Positions 1 to 10,800 of a stretch of 64,000 bases of DNA are shown here, in pieces; position 1 is the first letter of the stretch, and each line of letters begins with the position of its first letter. Below the pieces are notes generated by a model. That model ran no database searches. It saw only the letters and a list, made by a program, of their open reading frames with translations, and was not told the DNA's origin. Source of the stretch: a virus; the IMG/VR virus record IMGVR_UViG_3300024239_000121, positions 7,923-71,922 of that record; one strand, given 5' to 3'. Both the position numbers and the translations under genes were made by a program.

Positions 1-1
1 G

Positions 2-70
2 CCTGAGTTCAATCCTCTGGCTCTGAGCGATGAAGAGTTCGCCAAGTTGGTTAATCCCAAATACATGTAA
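2..70 (+). CDS. 3' end of N4 gp57-like protein (truncated by window edge)
   Basis: Reads PEFNPLALSDEEFAKLVNPKYM*. An FNPLAxSDEEF-type tail is typical of the gene preceding MCP in N4-like phages. Confidence 0.65.
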   Translation, partial: PEFNPLALSDEEFAKLVNPKYM

Positions 71-85
71 CGACGAGGTGTTCTT

Positions 86-1258
86 ATGGGTATGCAATAC
101 AACGATCCTGCCGGTGGTGCTCCGTCCTCGGTCGGTAACCAGTTCAACACGTTCCACTACATCAAGCAGGCGCTGATCGAAGCTCGTAAAGAGCAGTATT
201 TCAGTCAGCTCGCTGATACCACTTCGATGCCCAAGAACATGGGCAAGAAGATCAAGCGTTACCACTACATCCCGCTGCTGGATGACGCGAACATCAACGA
301 CCAGGGCATCGATGCTGCTGGCGTGACCATCGCCAACGGTAACCTGTACGGCTCCAGCAAGGACGTGGGCACCATCACCGACAAGCTGCCCGTGCTCTCC
401 GAGACCGGTGGCCGCGTGAACCGTGTTGGCTTCAAGCGCAAGGAACTCGAAGGTTCGTTCGAGAAGTTCGGTTTCTTCGACGAATACACCCAGGAATCCC
501 TGGACTTCGATACCGACGCCGAGCTGCTGCAGCACATCAACCGCGAGATGCTCAACGGTGCCAACGAGATCACCGAAGACGCTCTGCAGATCGACCTGCT
601 GAACTCGGCTGGTGTGATCCGCTATGCCGGTGGTGCGACTCAGAACAGCGAGATCGATGGCACCGATCTGGTTGAGTTCGGCGATCTGATGCGTCTGTCG
701 ATCGACCTGGACAACAACCGTACGCCGAAGCACACCAAGATGATCACCGGTACTCGCATGGTCGATACCGCCACCATCCAGGGTGCTCGTGTCCTGTACT
801 GCGGCTCCGAGCTGATCCCGACCCTCAAGGGCATGAAGGATCTGCACGGCAACCCGGCGTTCATCTCCATCGAGAAGTACGCAGCTGGTGGCCAGACCCT
901 GACTGGCGAGATCGGCACCATCGATCAGTTCCGCATCGTCATCGTGCCGGAAATGCTGAAGTGGGCTGGTGCAGGTGCTGCTATCGCAGTGGGTGACGCT
1001 TCCCACTACGAGACGGGCGGCAAGTACGACGTGTTCCCGATGCTGGTCATCGGTAGTGAGTCCTTCACCACCATCGGCTTCCAAACCGATGGCAAGAGCG
1101 TGAAGTTCAAGATCTACCACAAGAAGCCGGGTGAGCAGACCGCTGACCGCAACGACCCGTACGGCGAGACCGGCTTCATGTCGATCAAGTGGTACTACGG
1201 CTTCATGGTCCTGCGTCCGGAACGCATCGGTCTGATCAAGACCGCCGCGAAGATCTAA
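86..1258 (+). CDS. Major capsid protein (N4 gp56-like)
   Basis: 390 aa with N4-type motifs ([14 protein letters not shown]...[29 protein letters not shown]), GAGG RBS and strongly biased codons. Confidence 0.95.
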   Translation: MGMQYNDPAGGAPSSVGNQFNTFHYIKQALIEARKEQYFSQLADTTSMPKNMGKKIKRYHYIPLLDDANINDQGIDAAGVTIANGNLYGSSKDVGTITDKLPVLSETGGRVNRVGFKRKELEGSFEKFGFFDEYTQESLDFDTDAELLQHINREMLNGANEITEDALQIDLLNSAGVIRYAGGATQNSEIDGTDLVEFGDLMRLSIDLDNNRTPKHTKMITGTRMVDTATIQGARVLYCGSELIPTLKGMKDLHGNPAFISIEKYAAGGQTLTGEIGTIDQFRIVIVPEMLKWAGAGAAIAVGDASHYETGGKYDVFPMLVIGSESFTTIGFQTDGKSVKFKIYHKKPGEQTADRNDPYGETGFMSIKWYYGFMVLRPERIGLIKTAAKI

Positions 1259-1274
1259 CCACTGCGGTAACCCA

Positions 1275-1302
1275 GGGGGCAGGCAACTGCCCCCACTTCT
1301 TC
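1275..1302 (+). terminator. Hairpin or weak terminator after MCP
   Basis: GGGGGCAG-GCAA-CTGCCCCC followed by ACTTCTTCT. Confidence 0.55.
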
Positions 1303-1317
1303 TGCTGGAGTTAAGCA

Positions 1318-1881
1318 ATGTCCGATTTCGAACAAGACGATGAACTTCAAGTACCTGATGAACTGACCACTCTGAAGGCCCGTGCCGACCTGCTGGGTAT
1401 CAGCTACCACCCCTCCATTGGCGTGGAGAAGCTGCGCGAGAAGGTAGCGGCCAAGCTCGCCGAAGGCGAAGCGCCGGTCGCGGACGCTTCGAGCGTAGCG
1501 GCTGCCGAGGAAACGGAAGGTCAACGCCGCAAGCGTCTGCGTGACGAAGCCAGTGCCCTGGTGCGTATCCGCGTCACCTGCATGAACCCGTTCAAGAGCG
1601 AATGGGAAGGCGAGATCATCACGGCGGGTAACCGCTATGCCGGTACTCACAAGAAGTACGTGCCGTTCAATGCCGACGAAGGCTGGCATGTGCCGCGCAT
1701 CATCTACAACCAGCTGGCTCAGCGTCAGTGCCAGGTGTTCCACACCGTCACCCTGCCGGGTGGCAAGAAGATCCGTAAGGGCAAGTTGATCAAGGAATTC
1801 GCCATCGAGGTTCTGCCTCCGCTGACCAAGGAAGAGCTGCATGACCTGGCTCAGCGTCAAGCAATGGCCGGTGGCCTGTAA
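1318..1881 (+). CDS. N4 gp55-like conserved virion-module protein
   Basis: Position after MCP; LKARADLLGI..HP.IG.EKLR and RIRVTCMNP motifs. Confidence 0.8.
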   Translation: MSDFEQDDELQVPDELTTLKARADLLGISYHPSIGVEKLREKVAAKLAEGEAPVADASSVAAAEETEGQRRKRLRDEASALVRIRVTCMNPFKSEWEGEIITAGNRYAGTHKKYVPFNADEGWHVPRIIYNQLAQRQCQVFHTVTLPGGKKIRKGKLIKEFAIEVLPPLTKEELHDLAQRQAMAGGL

Positions 1882-1906
1882 CCCTTAGCGAACCCAGGAA
1901 CGATCT

Positions 1907-3064
1907 ATGAGCGATATCCCGAACATTTCCCTGACCGACCTTACCGAGGCCAGCCTCAAGGGCAACGGTGTCTTCGACGTACTGATGCGTGCCAGCAAGG
2001 CCCATCTGGACGAAGAGTTCACCCGCAACCGGATCAAGGGTGCCGAGTACGCTCAGGTCTACCTGGGTTCGCTGACCCAGATTCTGCAGACTGCCACCCA
2101 GTTCCTGTTGGAAAAGGACCAGTCTGCGTTGCAAGCCAAGCTGATCGAGGCCCAGGTGAAACTGGCCGAACAGCAGGCGCTCAATGCCGTCATCGAAGGC
2201 CAGAACCTCGTTCTGCAGGCCGAAGTGTTGCGTCAGCAGGCACTGAAGACGGCTGCCGAGAAAGACAACATCATCAGCCAGCGTGAGCTGCAAGCTCAGC
2301 AGATCCTGAACCTGCAAGGCGAGTTGCTGCAGACCACTGCCCAGACGGCACTGATCGAGCAGAACACTCGCAATGCGATCCAGGAAGAGCTGCGTACGGT
2401 TGCCCAAACCAACCAGGTGACTCAGGAGATCCTGAACCTGAAGGCATCAGCTCTGCATGTCGAAGCCCAGACTGCACACGTCAAGCAGCAGACCACGCTC
2501 CTGTTGAACCAGGACAAGCTGGTCATTGCCCAGACGGCTCAGACCACCCAGGAAACCAAGAACCTGGTGGCCACCGAGAAGCACATCACGGCTCAGACCG
2601 CGCATGTGACTCAACAGACGGCCAACCTGGTGAACCAGGACAAGCACGTTCAGGCACAGACCAAGCTGGTCACCCAGCAGACCGTCAACGCCGAGGTCGA
2701 GTCGCGGGTGATGGAATCCACCATCTGCAAGCTCAAGGCCGAGTACGACATTCTGCTGGAGCAGCGTCTGAAGACCATTTCGGAAACCACCTTGCTGGCT
2801 CAGAAGACGGCAACCGAGAAGGCCCAGACTATCGGTGCCGGTGTCGATGCGGACAGTGTGATTGGTCGCCAGCGGATGCTGTACCTGGCTCAGGCCGATG
2901 GCTTCAAGCGCGATGCGGAGCAGAAGGCAGCGAAGATCCTGGTCGATACCTGGAACGTACGACGCACCACGGACGAAGGCACGGTTGCCGATTCGACCAA
3001 CATGCTGAACGACGCGACCATTGGTCGAGCGATCTCCAAGCTGTTGACTGGTGTAGCGGCCTGA
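1907..3064 (+). CDS. N4 gp54-like structural protein (probable tail tube)
   Basis: Synteny; N-terminal G.GVFD.LMRA and C-terminal [14 protein letters not shown] motifs; internal 21-aa repeats. Confidence 0.75.
   Translation: MSDIPNISLTDLTEASLKGNGVFDVLMRASKAHLDEEFTRNRIKGAEYAQVYLGSLTQILQTATQFLLEKDQSALQAKLIEAQVKLAEQQALNAVIEGQNLVLQAEVLRQQALKTAAEKDNIISQRELQAQQILNLQGELLQTTAQTALIEQNTRNAIQEELRTVAQTNQVTQEILNLKASALHVEAQTAHVKQQTTLLLNQDKLVIAQTAQTTQETKNLVATEKHITAQTAHVTQQTANLVNQDKHVQAQTKLVTQQTVNAEVESRVMESTICKLKAEYDILLEQRLKTISETTLLAQKTATEKAQTIGAGVDADSVIGRQRMLYLAQADGFKRDAEQKAAKILVDTWNVRRTTDEGTVADSTNMLNDATIGRAISKLLTGVAA
2339..2716 (+). repeat. Six degenerate in-frame 63-bp (21-aa) tandem repeats
   Basis: AQT recurs every 21 aa: AQTALIEQ.., AQTNQVTQ.., AQTAHVKQ.., AQTAQTTQ.., AQTAHVTQ.., AQTKLVTQ.. 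Confidence 0.85.
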
Positions 3065-3122
3065 TCCAAGGCAGTGAGTTGAACAGGGAGCCTACATGGC
3101 TCCCTTTTCTTTAGGGGGAAGC

Positions 3123-5417
3123 ATGGGACTGTTCAGTAGCAAGAAGAAGACCGAAGTCGAAACCACGGTGGTGCGTGTGGTTGAGGACAACCTGATCCCG
3201 GAGACGGCCAAGGCCTCGTTGCTGCGGTACAGCATGAACGGTGACGTGAATGCCTCGGTGGCCGAATCCATGCTCGATGACATGCTAGGTTCCCTGGCTT
3301 TCCGGGGCGATCGTATGTACGAGTACGCCAAGAAGAGCTATGCCTACGGACTGCCCAAGAGCAACCTAGTGTCGGTGACCCAGGGCAATGACGTGGTGCG
3401 TCAGGTGGTCAGCAGTGTGGTCGGCAAGGCGGTCACTCTGGAGTACTGCCACTACGCCGCCTACAACTCGATCCACTACGGCTGGAAGACCATCACCGAG
3501 CAGTATGGCTACGACGCCAACAGCAACGAGCTGAAGAAGCTCTCGACACAGCTGGGCACTACCGTCTGGCTCAAGGACATGGTGGCCGTGTTCTGTCAGA
3601 ACACTGTGAACCAGGCTGAGCCTGGCATCTTGGATACGTGGGGCACTGCGGCCAATGCCGGTTACACACCAGCTCGTTTGCTTGGTGGTCTGGTCAATGA
3701 GGTCATGGAGCCTACGCCCTACGTGATCGATACCCTGGCTGGGCACGACACGGTAGAGGTCACCTACACGTACCGTAAGGACGGCAAGCTGGTCGACGGC
3801 AAGCTGGTACTGAATGTCGATCCACCAGACGAGGAGGGCGAGTACTTCCAGGTGAAGTACCGCTATTCCACCTTGGTGGCTGGCAAGACCGTAAACCATT
3901 ACGGCTACTGGACCTATCAGGCCGACACAGGTCTGTTCCCGGAACTCGACAAGCTCTTCGAGACCGACTTCTCGGCACTGGGGAGCTACATGCCCAGGGC
4001 CTATTTCCGCCTGGATCGAAAGAACCTGGCCATCGTGGAACGCAAGAACACGGCTGAGTACAAGACCACCAAGAAGCTGCTCAAGTACTTGAGCATCGAC
4101 TACCAGGACATGGCCGACTCGATCTACGACAACACAGATCTGGAATACATCGAACAGGCCTTCCTGATGATGGGCGTACCTATCAACGGAAAGAGTGAGG
4201 CTGAGCGGCAGTACCTATTCAACTACTTCAACGCACTGTTCTACTCAACCGAAGGAGCCTTCGCCTACAACAACCCATTGCGTGAAGCGGCCAACGAGTT
4301 CACTCGCCGGGGCAGCCGTGCCATACGTATCCAGGACAAAGGGTTCACCATGACCCTGGCTTATCAAGGCATTGCCAAGCGACGTATGTCAGGCAAGATC
4401 GGCCCTATCGGGTCTCACTCGTACTCCAGTGGAACGGAGCAGTACAAGGAGACTGTGACGTACCGTGAAGGCACACGCCAAACCAGCGGCACCCGAACGG
4501 TGAGCGTGAAGTACCACGCCTACAAGCGGCAGCTGACCTCGGCTCTGTATGACGAAGTGCGGGTGTATGAGCCACGACTGACGTACCACATCTGGAGCAA
4601 GTACAACTACGTCGCCGGCAGTGGCAAAAACCAGTTGCTGGTGCCACTGGATCATGCAATCACCGATCTGATTCCGTTGAGCGAGCGGGAAACGCTCTAC
4701 TACAAGGCCTTGCACTTCGTCTTCAACTCACGGGTGACGACCAAGACCAAGTGGTATCAGACCGGTGTCTTCAAGATCGTGGTGGTCATCGTGGCCATCG
4801 TCATTGCCGTGTTCACCGGTCAGTGGCAGGCCGCTTACGCTGCCCTGGCTGCTGCTGCAGCTGCCGGTATGGTGGCATTGGCTCTGACCATCCTGACCTT
4901 CATCGTCAAGACGTTGGTGGTGCAGTACACCTTCAAGCTGTTCGCCAAGGCAGTAGGGCCTGAGTTTGCTCTGGTGGCTGCCGTGGTGGGGGCCATCGTC
5001 GGTGTGGGTATGTCGATGACTTCAGCACAGGGATCGTCTACGGCCCTGTGGGGAGAGCGTCTGCTGCAGTCCTCGGTTGGTCTGTCGAAGGGTGCTGGTG
5101 GTGCGATCCAGGAGGATATGAATGACCTGCAGGGTGACTGGACCGACTTCCAGTCCTATCAAGAGACGCAGAACGCTGCCTTGAAGGCAGGTCAGGATCT
5201 TCTGCAGACCACGAACCTGCTCGATCCACTGATGTTCACCGAGGCACACCTGACGCCGCAGATCCGCTTTGGGGAAAGTCCTCAAGACTACTTCACCCGA
5301 ACTATTCATGCCGGCAACGTGGGTGTGGTAGGGATCGACGCCGTGGCCTACTACCACGATATGGCCCTGACGCTCCCCCGGTTGTCGGATTCTGTTGAAG
5401 AATCTGCTTGGGGGTAG
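3123..5417 (+). CDS. N4 gp53-like structural protein with hydrophobic C-terminal segments
   Basis: MGLFSSKKK start with GGGGGA RBS (ATG 3123 preferred over 3096); synteny; long hydrophobic helices near the C-terminus. Confidence 0.75.
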   Translation: MGLFSSKKKTEVETTVVRVVEDNLIPETAKASLLRYSMNGDVNASVAESMLDDMLGSLAFRGDRMYEYAKKSYAYGLPKSNLVSVTQGNDVVRQVVSSVVGKAVTLEYCHYAAYNSIHYGWKTITEQYGYDANSNELKKLSTQLGTTVWLKDMVAVFCQNTVNQAEPGILDTWGTAANAGYTPARLLGGLVNEVMEPTPYVIDTLAGHDTVEVTYTYRKDGKLVDGKLVLNVDPPDEEGEYFQVKYRYSTLVAGKTVNHYGYWTYQADTGLFPELDKLFETDFSALGSYMPRAYFRLDRKNLAIVERKNTAEYKTTKKLLKYLSIDYQDMADSIYDNTDLEYIEQAFLMMGVPINGKSEAERQYLFNYFNALFYSTEGAFAYNNPLREAANEFTRRGSRAIRIQDKGFTMTLAYQGIAKRRMSGKIGPIGSHSYSSGTEQYKETVTYREGTRQTSGTRTVSVKYHAYKRQLTSALYDEVRVYEPRLTYHIWSKYNYVAGSGKNQLLVPLDHAITDLIPLSERETLYYKALHFVFNSRVTTKTKWYQTGVFKIVVVIVAIVIAVFTGQWQAAYAALAAAAAAGMVALALTILTFIVKTLVVQYTFKLFAKAVGPEFALVAAVVGAIVGVGMSMTSAQGSSTALWGERLLQSSVGLSKGAGGAIQEDMNDLQGDWTDFQSYQETQNAALKAGQDLLQTTNLLDPLMFTEAHLTPQIRFGESPQDYFTRTIHAGNVGVVGIDAVAYYHDMALTLPRLSDSVEESAWG

Positions 5418-5418
5418 G

Positions 5419-5447
5419 TGGCAGAAGGCCAGGCCTGAGATACGATG
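5419..5447 (+). promoter_or_regulatory. Possible sigma70 promoter for the inserted small gene
   Basis: GTGGCA-17 bp-TACGAT; each hexamer matches consensus at 4/6. Confidence 0.35.
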
Positions 5448-5471
5448 CCCTTTTAGCCAAGGAGATTCAGC

Positions 5472-5753
5472 ATGCGGTGGATGATGGTTGTGGGGCTGAT
5501 GGCAGCAGGTGTAGCGAATGCTGAGCCAATTACATGGGAGCCTGTAGGTACTGAAAGCTCTACTAATTACGACAGTTACTACGAGAGTTCATCGGGTAAT
5601 AGGTATGAGTACAACCTAAATAATCGCGTGGATCAGATTCAGTACGAGTATGACCGCCCCGCTCAAATTAGGGATGCTTATAATCCACGTACAGGTATAG
5701 ATAGAAGCATGGGTCAGTATGGAGGAGGGATTTACTCGGAAGACCAAGATTGA
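5472..5753 (+). CDS. Small secreted/periplasmic protein, moron-like insertion
   Basis: AAGGAG RBS; signal peptide ending ANA-E; AT-richer than flanking genes; has its own terminator. Confidence 0.75.
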   Translation: MRWMMVVGLMAAGVANAEPITWEPVGTESSTNYDSYYESSSGNRYEYNLNNRVDQIQYEYDRPAQIRDAYNPRTGIDRSMGQYGGGIYSEDQD

Positions 5754-5771
5754 ATACCTGCTGATGCAGAC

Positions 5772-5801
5772 AAGGCCCCCTAAATTGGGGGCCTTTCTTT
5801 T
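5772..5801 (+). terminator. Rho-independent terminator
   Basis: AAGGCCCCC-TAAATT-GGGGGCCTT followed by TCTTTT. Confidence 0.85.
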
Positions 5802-5859
5802 GTGGTGGGGTTAATAACTTACCTATACTCACGCAACCTATATCTAAGTTGGAGGTTTT

Positions 5860-6336
5860 ATGGCCACTACCGATTTTAATTTTGGCCTCGGAGGCGGTAT
5901 CGCCTCTCTTGGTACATACGGGCAACCTACTGAAGCTCAAACTGGATTCAACTTGGGGCAGGCTTTAGTGCAAGGAGACGTTGCCTCTGCAAGTCCTGCG
6001 TCTATTGCTGGTAGTACAACTGGTTTGCCTGATCCAGGCTTCTGGAAATCTATGCTTGGCTTCACTGATACGTCTTCTGGTGTTCACCAACAAGGCTGGG
6101 GTGGTATGGCTATTGGTGGCTTGAGCGCACTCAGTAACGCCTACATGGGCATGAAGCAATATGGACTGGCCAAAGAACAGTTCGCCGAAAGCAAACGTCA
6201 GTACAACCAGAACTATGCGGCACAACGAACTCTGACCAACTCGCAGCTGGAAGATCGCCAGCGTGCTCGCGTGGCTTCCAATGCGGGTGCGTATGAGTCG
6301 GTGGGCAGCTACATGAACCGTAACGGGATCAAATAA
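5860..6336 (+). CDS. N4 gp52-like ejection/structural protein
   Basis: Synteny; Gly-rich hydrophobic segment followed by YMGMKQYGLAK; no Cys. Confidence 0.8.
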   Translation: MATTDFNFGLGGGIASLGTYGQPTEAQTGFNLGQALVQGDVASASPASIAGSTTGLPDPGFWKSMLGFTDTSSGVHQQGWGGMAIGGLSALSNAYMGMKQYGLAKEQFAESKRQYNQNYAAQRTLTNSQLEDRQRARVASNAGAYESVGSYMNRNGIK

Positions 6337-7850
6337 TGACCATTACCTGGCGAAACGTAGGCATGCCTCAAGCAGGCGGTGCCGGTGTGCTTTTGCGTGG
6401 TGCTGCCCAGTCCTTGAACAGAGGGTTCCAGGATCTGCGGGGTGTCCTCACTGATTATGATCAGGGTGTTCGTCACCAGGCCGATGCTACCCGGACGATC
6501 AACACTCAGGCTTTCCTGGATCGCCTGTCTAGCTACCGTGATCCGGCTGCCCTGCAGGCTGCTATTCAGAGCGGTGAGGTGGACGCTTTCCGGCAGCAAC
6601 TAGGTCCGCTGATCAATCGGGATGCGGTACGAGGAGCAGCCGAACAGCGTTTGGCTTCGCTGCAGGATCAGACACTCAAGCAGAACCTCTTCGCAGATGA
6701 CATCCGTCAGCGTAGCGAACGAGGTATCCGCGACCAGGCTGTCTCTGCTGCAGCCCAGGGAAACCAGACCCTATTCCGTCAGCTGTTGGACGGCAACGAC
6801 CTGCTCAACGAAGGTGAGCTGGAAGGTATGTGGGTCAAGAGTGAACGTGAACGTGCCCAGGAATCCCGTGCGGTCAAGCAGGACCAGCGGGCAGAAGAGT
6901 CCTTGGGCATGCAGCGGACCCGGTTCAACCAGCAAACTCAGGACTGGAACGAAAACCAGGCCTTGAAGGGCACTGCTCGTGAGGTCAGTGAGTTGCTGCG
7001 TAGCCAAGTACAGGCTCGTGCTGAGCAGGAAGACGCCAACTGGAAAGGCTATGAGTCCGTCGCCCAAGGCATGGCAGATCAAGGCGTGCGACTGGTCAAC
7101 GGTGTCCCTGACTTCTCAGGTGTGCCTGAGGAATCCCGCGCTGCCGTAGTGGCCGACTTCAGCAAGCGCGCCGAAGAGGCTGGTGTGAAACCCCTGGCTT
7201 CACAGACCGAACTGCGTCGGCAGATGGTTGACACACTGTCGCAGTACAAGAATCTGCCTGTAGAAAAGATCGCCCCTCTGGCAGACAACTTCCTGGCCAC
7301 ATTGGCCAGTCGTAATGCACTGGCTCCGGAAGATCAGGCTGTCCTGGATAACGCCATCAAAGTGGAACAAGGCATTTACCAGGAACAACAGAAAAACGAT
7401 CCGTACACCAAGACCGAGTTCAATCCGGCCAAGGTCACGGCTGAGTTGTTGGATAAGGCTACAGGCAAGGACTGGAACCCTTGGGGCCTCTCCAACAACT
7501 CCACTGTTCGCAATGAACTTATGACGGCACTCAATGAGTCGCTGACCAAAGGAGTTGAAGTAACACGCAAGGATGGAAGCAAAGTAAACGTTCCGGTTCC
7601 AAGGGAACTTGCTGAGTTGGCGATCAGTGGCGTCGAAGATATTGAGGCGGACGATTACAAGTCCAACTTAATCAATCTTTTGAGCCGTCCGGAGGTATTA
7701 GAACAAGTTGAAAGAGGGCAGAATGTACACACCAATTACGCCAACCGAGTTTCTGCCTTGAAAGAGCAGTTCCACGGGGCAAAAGGCGTACGTCCATTCT
7801 CGCTCGAACAATTCGAACGCAGTCTCAAGAACGCAAACAGGAATAACTGA
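6336..7850 (+). CDS. N4 gp51-like ejection protein
   Basis: Starts MTITWRNV; lies directly upstream of vRNAP with TGATG coupling; no Cys. Confidence 0.8.
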   Translation: MTITWRNVGMPQAGGAGVLLRGAAQSLNRGFQDLRGVLTDYDQGVRHQADATRTINTQAFLDRLSSYRDPAALQAAIQSGEVDAFRQQLGPLINRDAVRGAAEQRLASLQDQTLKQNLFADDIRQRSERGIRDQAVSAAAQGNQTLFRQLLDGNDLLNEGELEGMWVKSERERAQESRAVKQDQRAEESLGMQRTRFNQQTQDWNENQALKGTAREVSELLRSQVQARAEQEDANWKGYESVAQGMADQGVRLVNGVPDFSGVPEESRAAVVADFSKRAEEAGVKPLASQTELRRQMVDTLSQYKNLPVEKIAPLADNFLATLASRNALAPEDQAVLDNAIKVEQGIYQEQQKNDPYTKTEFNPAKVTAELLDKATGKDWNPWGLSNNSTVRNELMTALNESLTKGVEVTRKDGSKVNVPVPRELAELAISGVEDIEADDYKSNLINLLSRPEVLEQVERGQNVHTNYANRVSALKEQFHGAKGVRPFSLEQFERSLKNANRNN

Positions 7851-10800
7851 TGCCCAACTTTGACCTGGATACTTACTTTGCGAACAGGGAAGCTCGCACT
7901 CTCGGAGTAGCTACTCCCGAGGGCGTTACAGACTTGAATGCCAAACAGGCTCAAGTTGCTTCCGCGTCCGCAAAGAAAGTCCAGGTTCTTCAAGAACTGG
8001 TCGAACGTCGTGAAAACAATGAGCGGGATACCGTAGTTGGCTGGCTGGGTCTCGACCCGAACAGCACAGGAGGCAACGTAGTGAACACTGCGGTGTCCTC
8101 GCTCAGTGCCATCGAAGACATTGCAGGGACTGTAGCCCCTGAAGCTGTGCGTGAAGCCATCGACATGGATAGTCTGATCGCCACGCAACATGCCGGCACC
8201 AAGCCATCCAGTGTTCAACGTCGCCTGATTGGTGACGGTGCTGTCTCTGGCTTGAAGAGTGCGATCGCCGTACCGGAAATGGCTGTCGGTCTGGCTGACC
8301 TGGTGTCTTCCGGGCATGCAGGTAAAGCCCTGGAGGAAGCCGGTTTCCGTCCAGAGGAGGCCAAGCAGTTCCTCGATACGCTGAAGACCCACGAGCAGCA
8401 AGCGGCCAGTGGTTCCGTCGAAGATGCTCAAGGCTTCTGGGGCACTCTGGCTGAAATCGCCGAGAACCCCAGCTTCATTCCTCATGCCGTCACCGAATCG
8501 CTGTTCCCGATGCTAGCGGGAGGTGTAGTAGGCCGTGGTCTGCAGGCACTTGGCATGGGTGTGAAAGCCGCCTCCGCCATAGGTGAAGGTGCGGTCATGG
8601 CAGGCAGTGCTGCCGAAGGTATTCGTCAACAGACCGAAGACGGACTACTGACGCCGAAGCAGGCTGCAGCTGCCGGCCTTACCGGCGTCATGGGTGCAGG
8701 TGTTGCTCGCCTGGGCAATGCTGTTGGCGGGCGCACGGGCCTGCGTGATATCGACGAAGCCGTGACGGCAGGCACTCTAGGCACCAGCCAACGGAATGCC
8801 CTGGCTCGTGGTGCTGGCGGTGCTGTCATTGAAGGTGCCGAAGAGACCCTGCAATCCGCTGGCGAGCAGATGCTGCAGAACGTGGCATTGGACCGCGAGC
8901 TGACCGAGGGTGTTGGTAACGCTGCTGCAATGGGTCTGGTGACTGGTGCTGCCATGGGTAGTGTCATGACTGGTAGTGCTCGTGAAGCGAACGAAGAGGA
9001 AGTTGAGCAGGCCAGTGAGACCGGCAACGTGTCCTCGCTGCTACAACCAGGTGCCTATGCACCGGAGAAGGCAGCCAAGGCACTGGCCACGCACAGCCTG
9101 AAGAACGAAGACCCTCAGGTCCGTCAGGACAACCTGGCCAAGCTGGGTGAGATCCGTTCTGCCCTGGAAGACGAAGCCAAGGCTGAAGCCATGGTCGAGC
9201 GTATCCAGCAGCGCATGGAATCGGCTCCTCAAGAGCAGCAGCCTCAGCTGGAAGCCTTGCTGGCTCAGGCCACCGAGTCGCTGACTACCATTCGTGCTGC
9301 ACTGGGTCTGCAGGATGTACCGGCTGCCGAGCGTAAAGAAGCACTGGCCAAGCAGCTGGATCAGGTGAAGCAGGCAGAGGCCTCGATCACTCAGCTGATG
9401 GAACCGGAGAAGCAGGATCTGTCCTCGCAGATCGAGCTGGCCGATACCGTACTCGAGAACGTCACCCCTGAAGTCCAGCAGACTGCCCGTAAGGCAGCCG
9501 AGCGTGTGGTCTCTCTGGCCATGGAATCGCCAGAAGCCCTGGATGTGGAGGTGGCTAATCGCCTGGCCAGCAACATGGCCAACAGCCTCACCGAGCCTGA
9601 GCGTGTCGTGCTGCGTACCTTCGCCAAGGCCAAGGCACTGGCTCACCAGGTCAAAGGCCTGGAAGGCGTCAACAGCGATATCTTCAACGGCAATAAGAAG
9701 GAAGGGTACAAGGGCCTCAACGAGTACAGCAGCAACGTGCGTCGTGCTCTGGCCTACAAGACCCCCGATCTGGAAGCGGCTCAGCACGAGATCGATGGCC
9801 TGGCCAAGTTCGTGGAATCGCGCAAGGCCAAGCTGGCTGTGGCTCAGAAAGCCTTCGATGAAGTGGCTGGATCTGCCAACACCCAACAGTGGGTCCGCGA
9901 TCGATCAGGCACCTGGATGCCTGCTGATCGTCAGTACAGCTACGACGAGATGTACGCGATGGGTGGTATGACCATCCACGGTGGATCTGGGAACCTGGTA
10001 GCCAATATCGCTCAGGAAACTGAAGCCCTGGAAGCTGGCCTGCAATCGCTGCAGGCGCTGTACGACATGAAGTCTGCTGCTCCGGTACAAACAACCGTGA
10101 ATCAGCCGGAGGCTGCTGCCCCTCAGGCTATCGAGCCTGTTGAACAGAAGGCTCCAGTCGAGACACCGGAGCAGGAAGCCGGCATTGCCGAAGATGCCCC
10201 GGAAGCGGTGAAGTACCGCAAGACGAACAACCTCAAGCGTCTGTTCTCTCAGCAGCCAGGTAATCCGACAACCGGAACTCAGCGTCCGCTGGTGGCCACC
10301 GAGAACTTCCTGACCAAGCTCAGCCAGGGCGAAGTGAACACCCTGGATTACGTGCAGCAGGAAGACCTGAGCGAAGAGCAGCTGGGGCTGCCGAGTGCGT
10401 TCATCCGTATGGCCAAGGCCTGGATGCCAACCATCGAAGACAACTTCTTCAAGCGGACCACTCAGGCCAGTCACAAGACCGATGCACGGGATCACTACTA
10501 CAACGACTACACCCAGTACCTGCAGGATGAACAGGGGCAGGTGGACGAGAACGTGAAGACGGCCATTGCAGCTGCTGCGTTCGCGCATGTGGCTGACAAC
10601 GGCGGTCAGACGCTGAACGACAACACCACTATCAACAAGACCCTGGGCAAGGACAAGGATGCCTCGATCACCCCGGCAGCCAACCAGAAGCTACGCAGGA
10701 TCGGCACGCTGCGTGGTGCCCTGATCAACTCGCTGGGTCAGGCCGTTGTGCAGTCGCTGGGTTATCAGCTTAAGGACGATGCCCCGCAGAGCGAGAAGGC

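Noticed and set aside
3-20. GAGTTCAATCCTC, resembling a tRNA T-arm
   Set aside because: It lies in frame in the gp57-like coding tail, with no cloverleaf. No canonical tRNA was found in the window.
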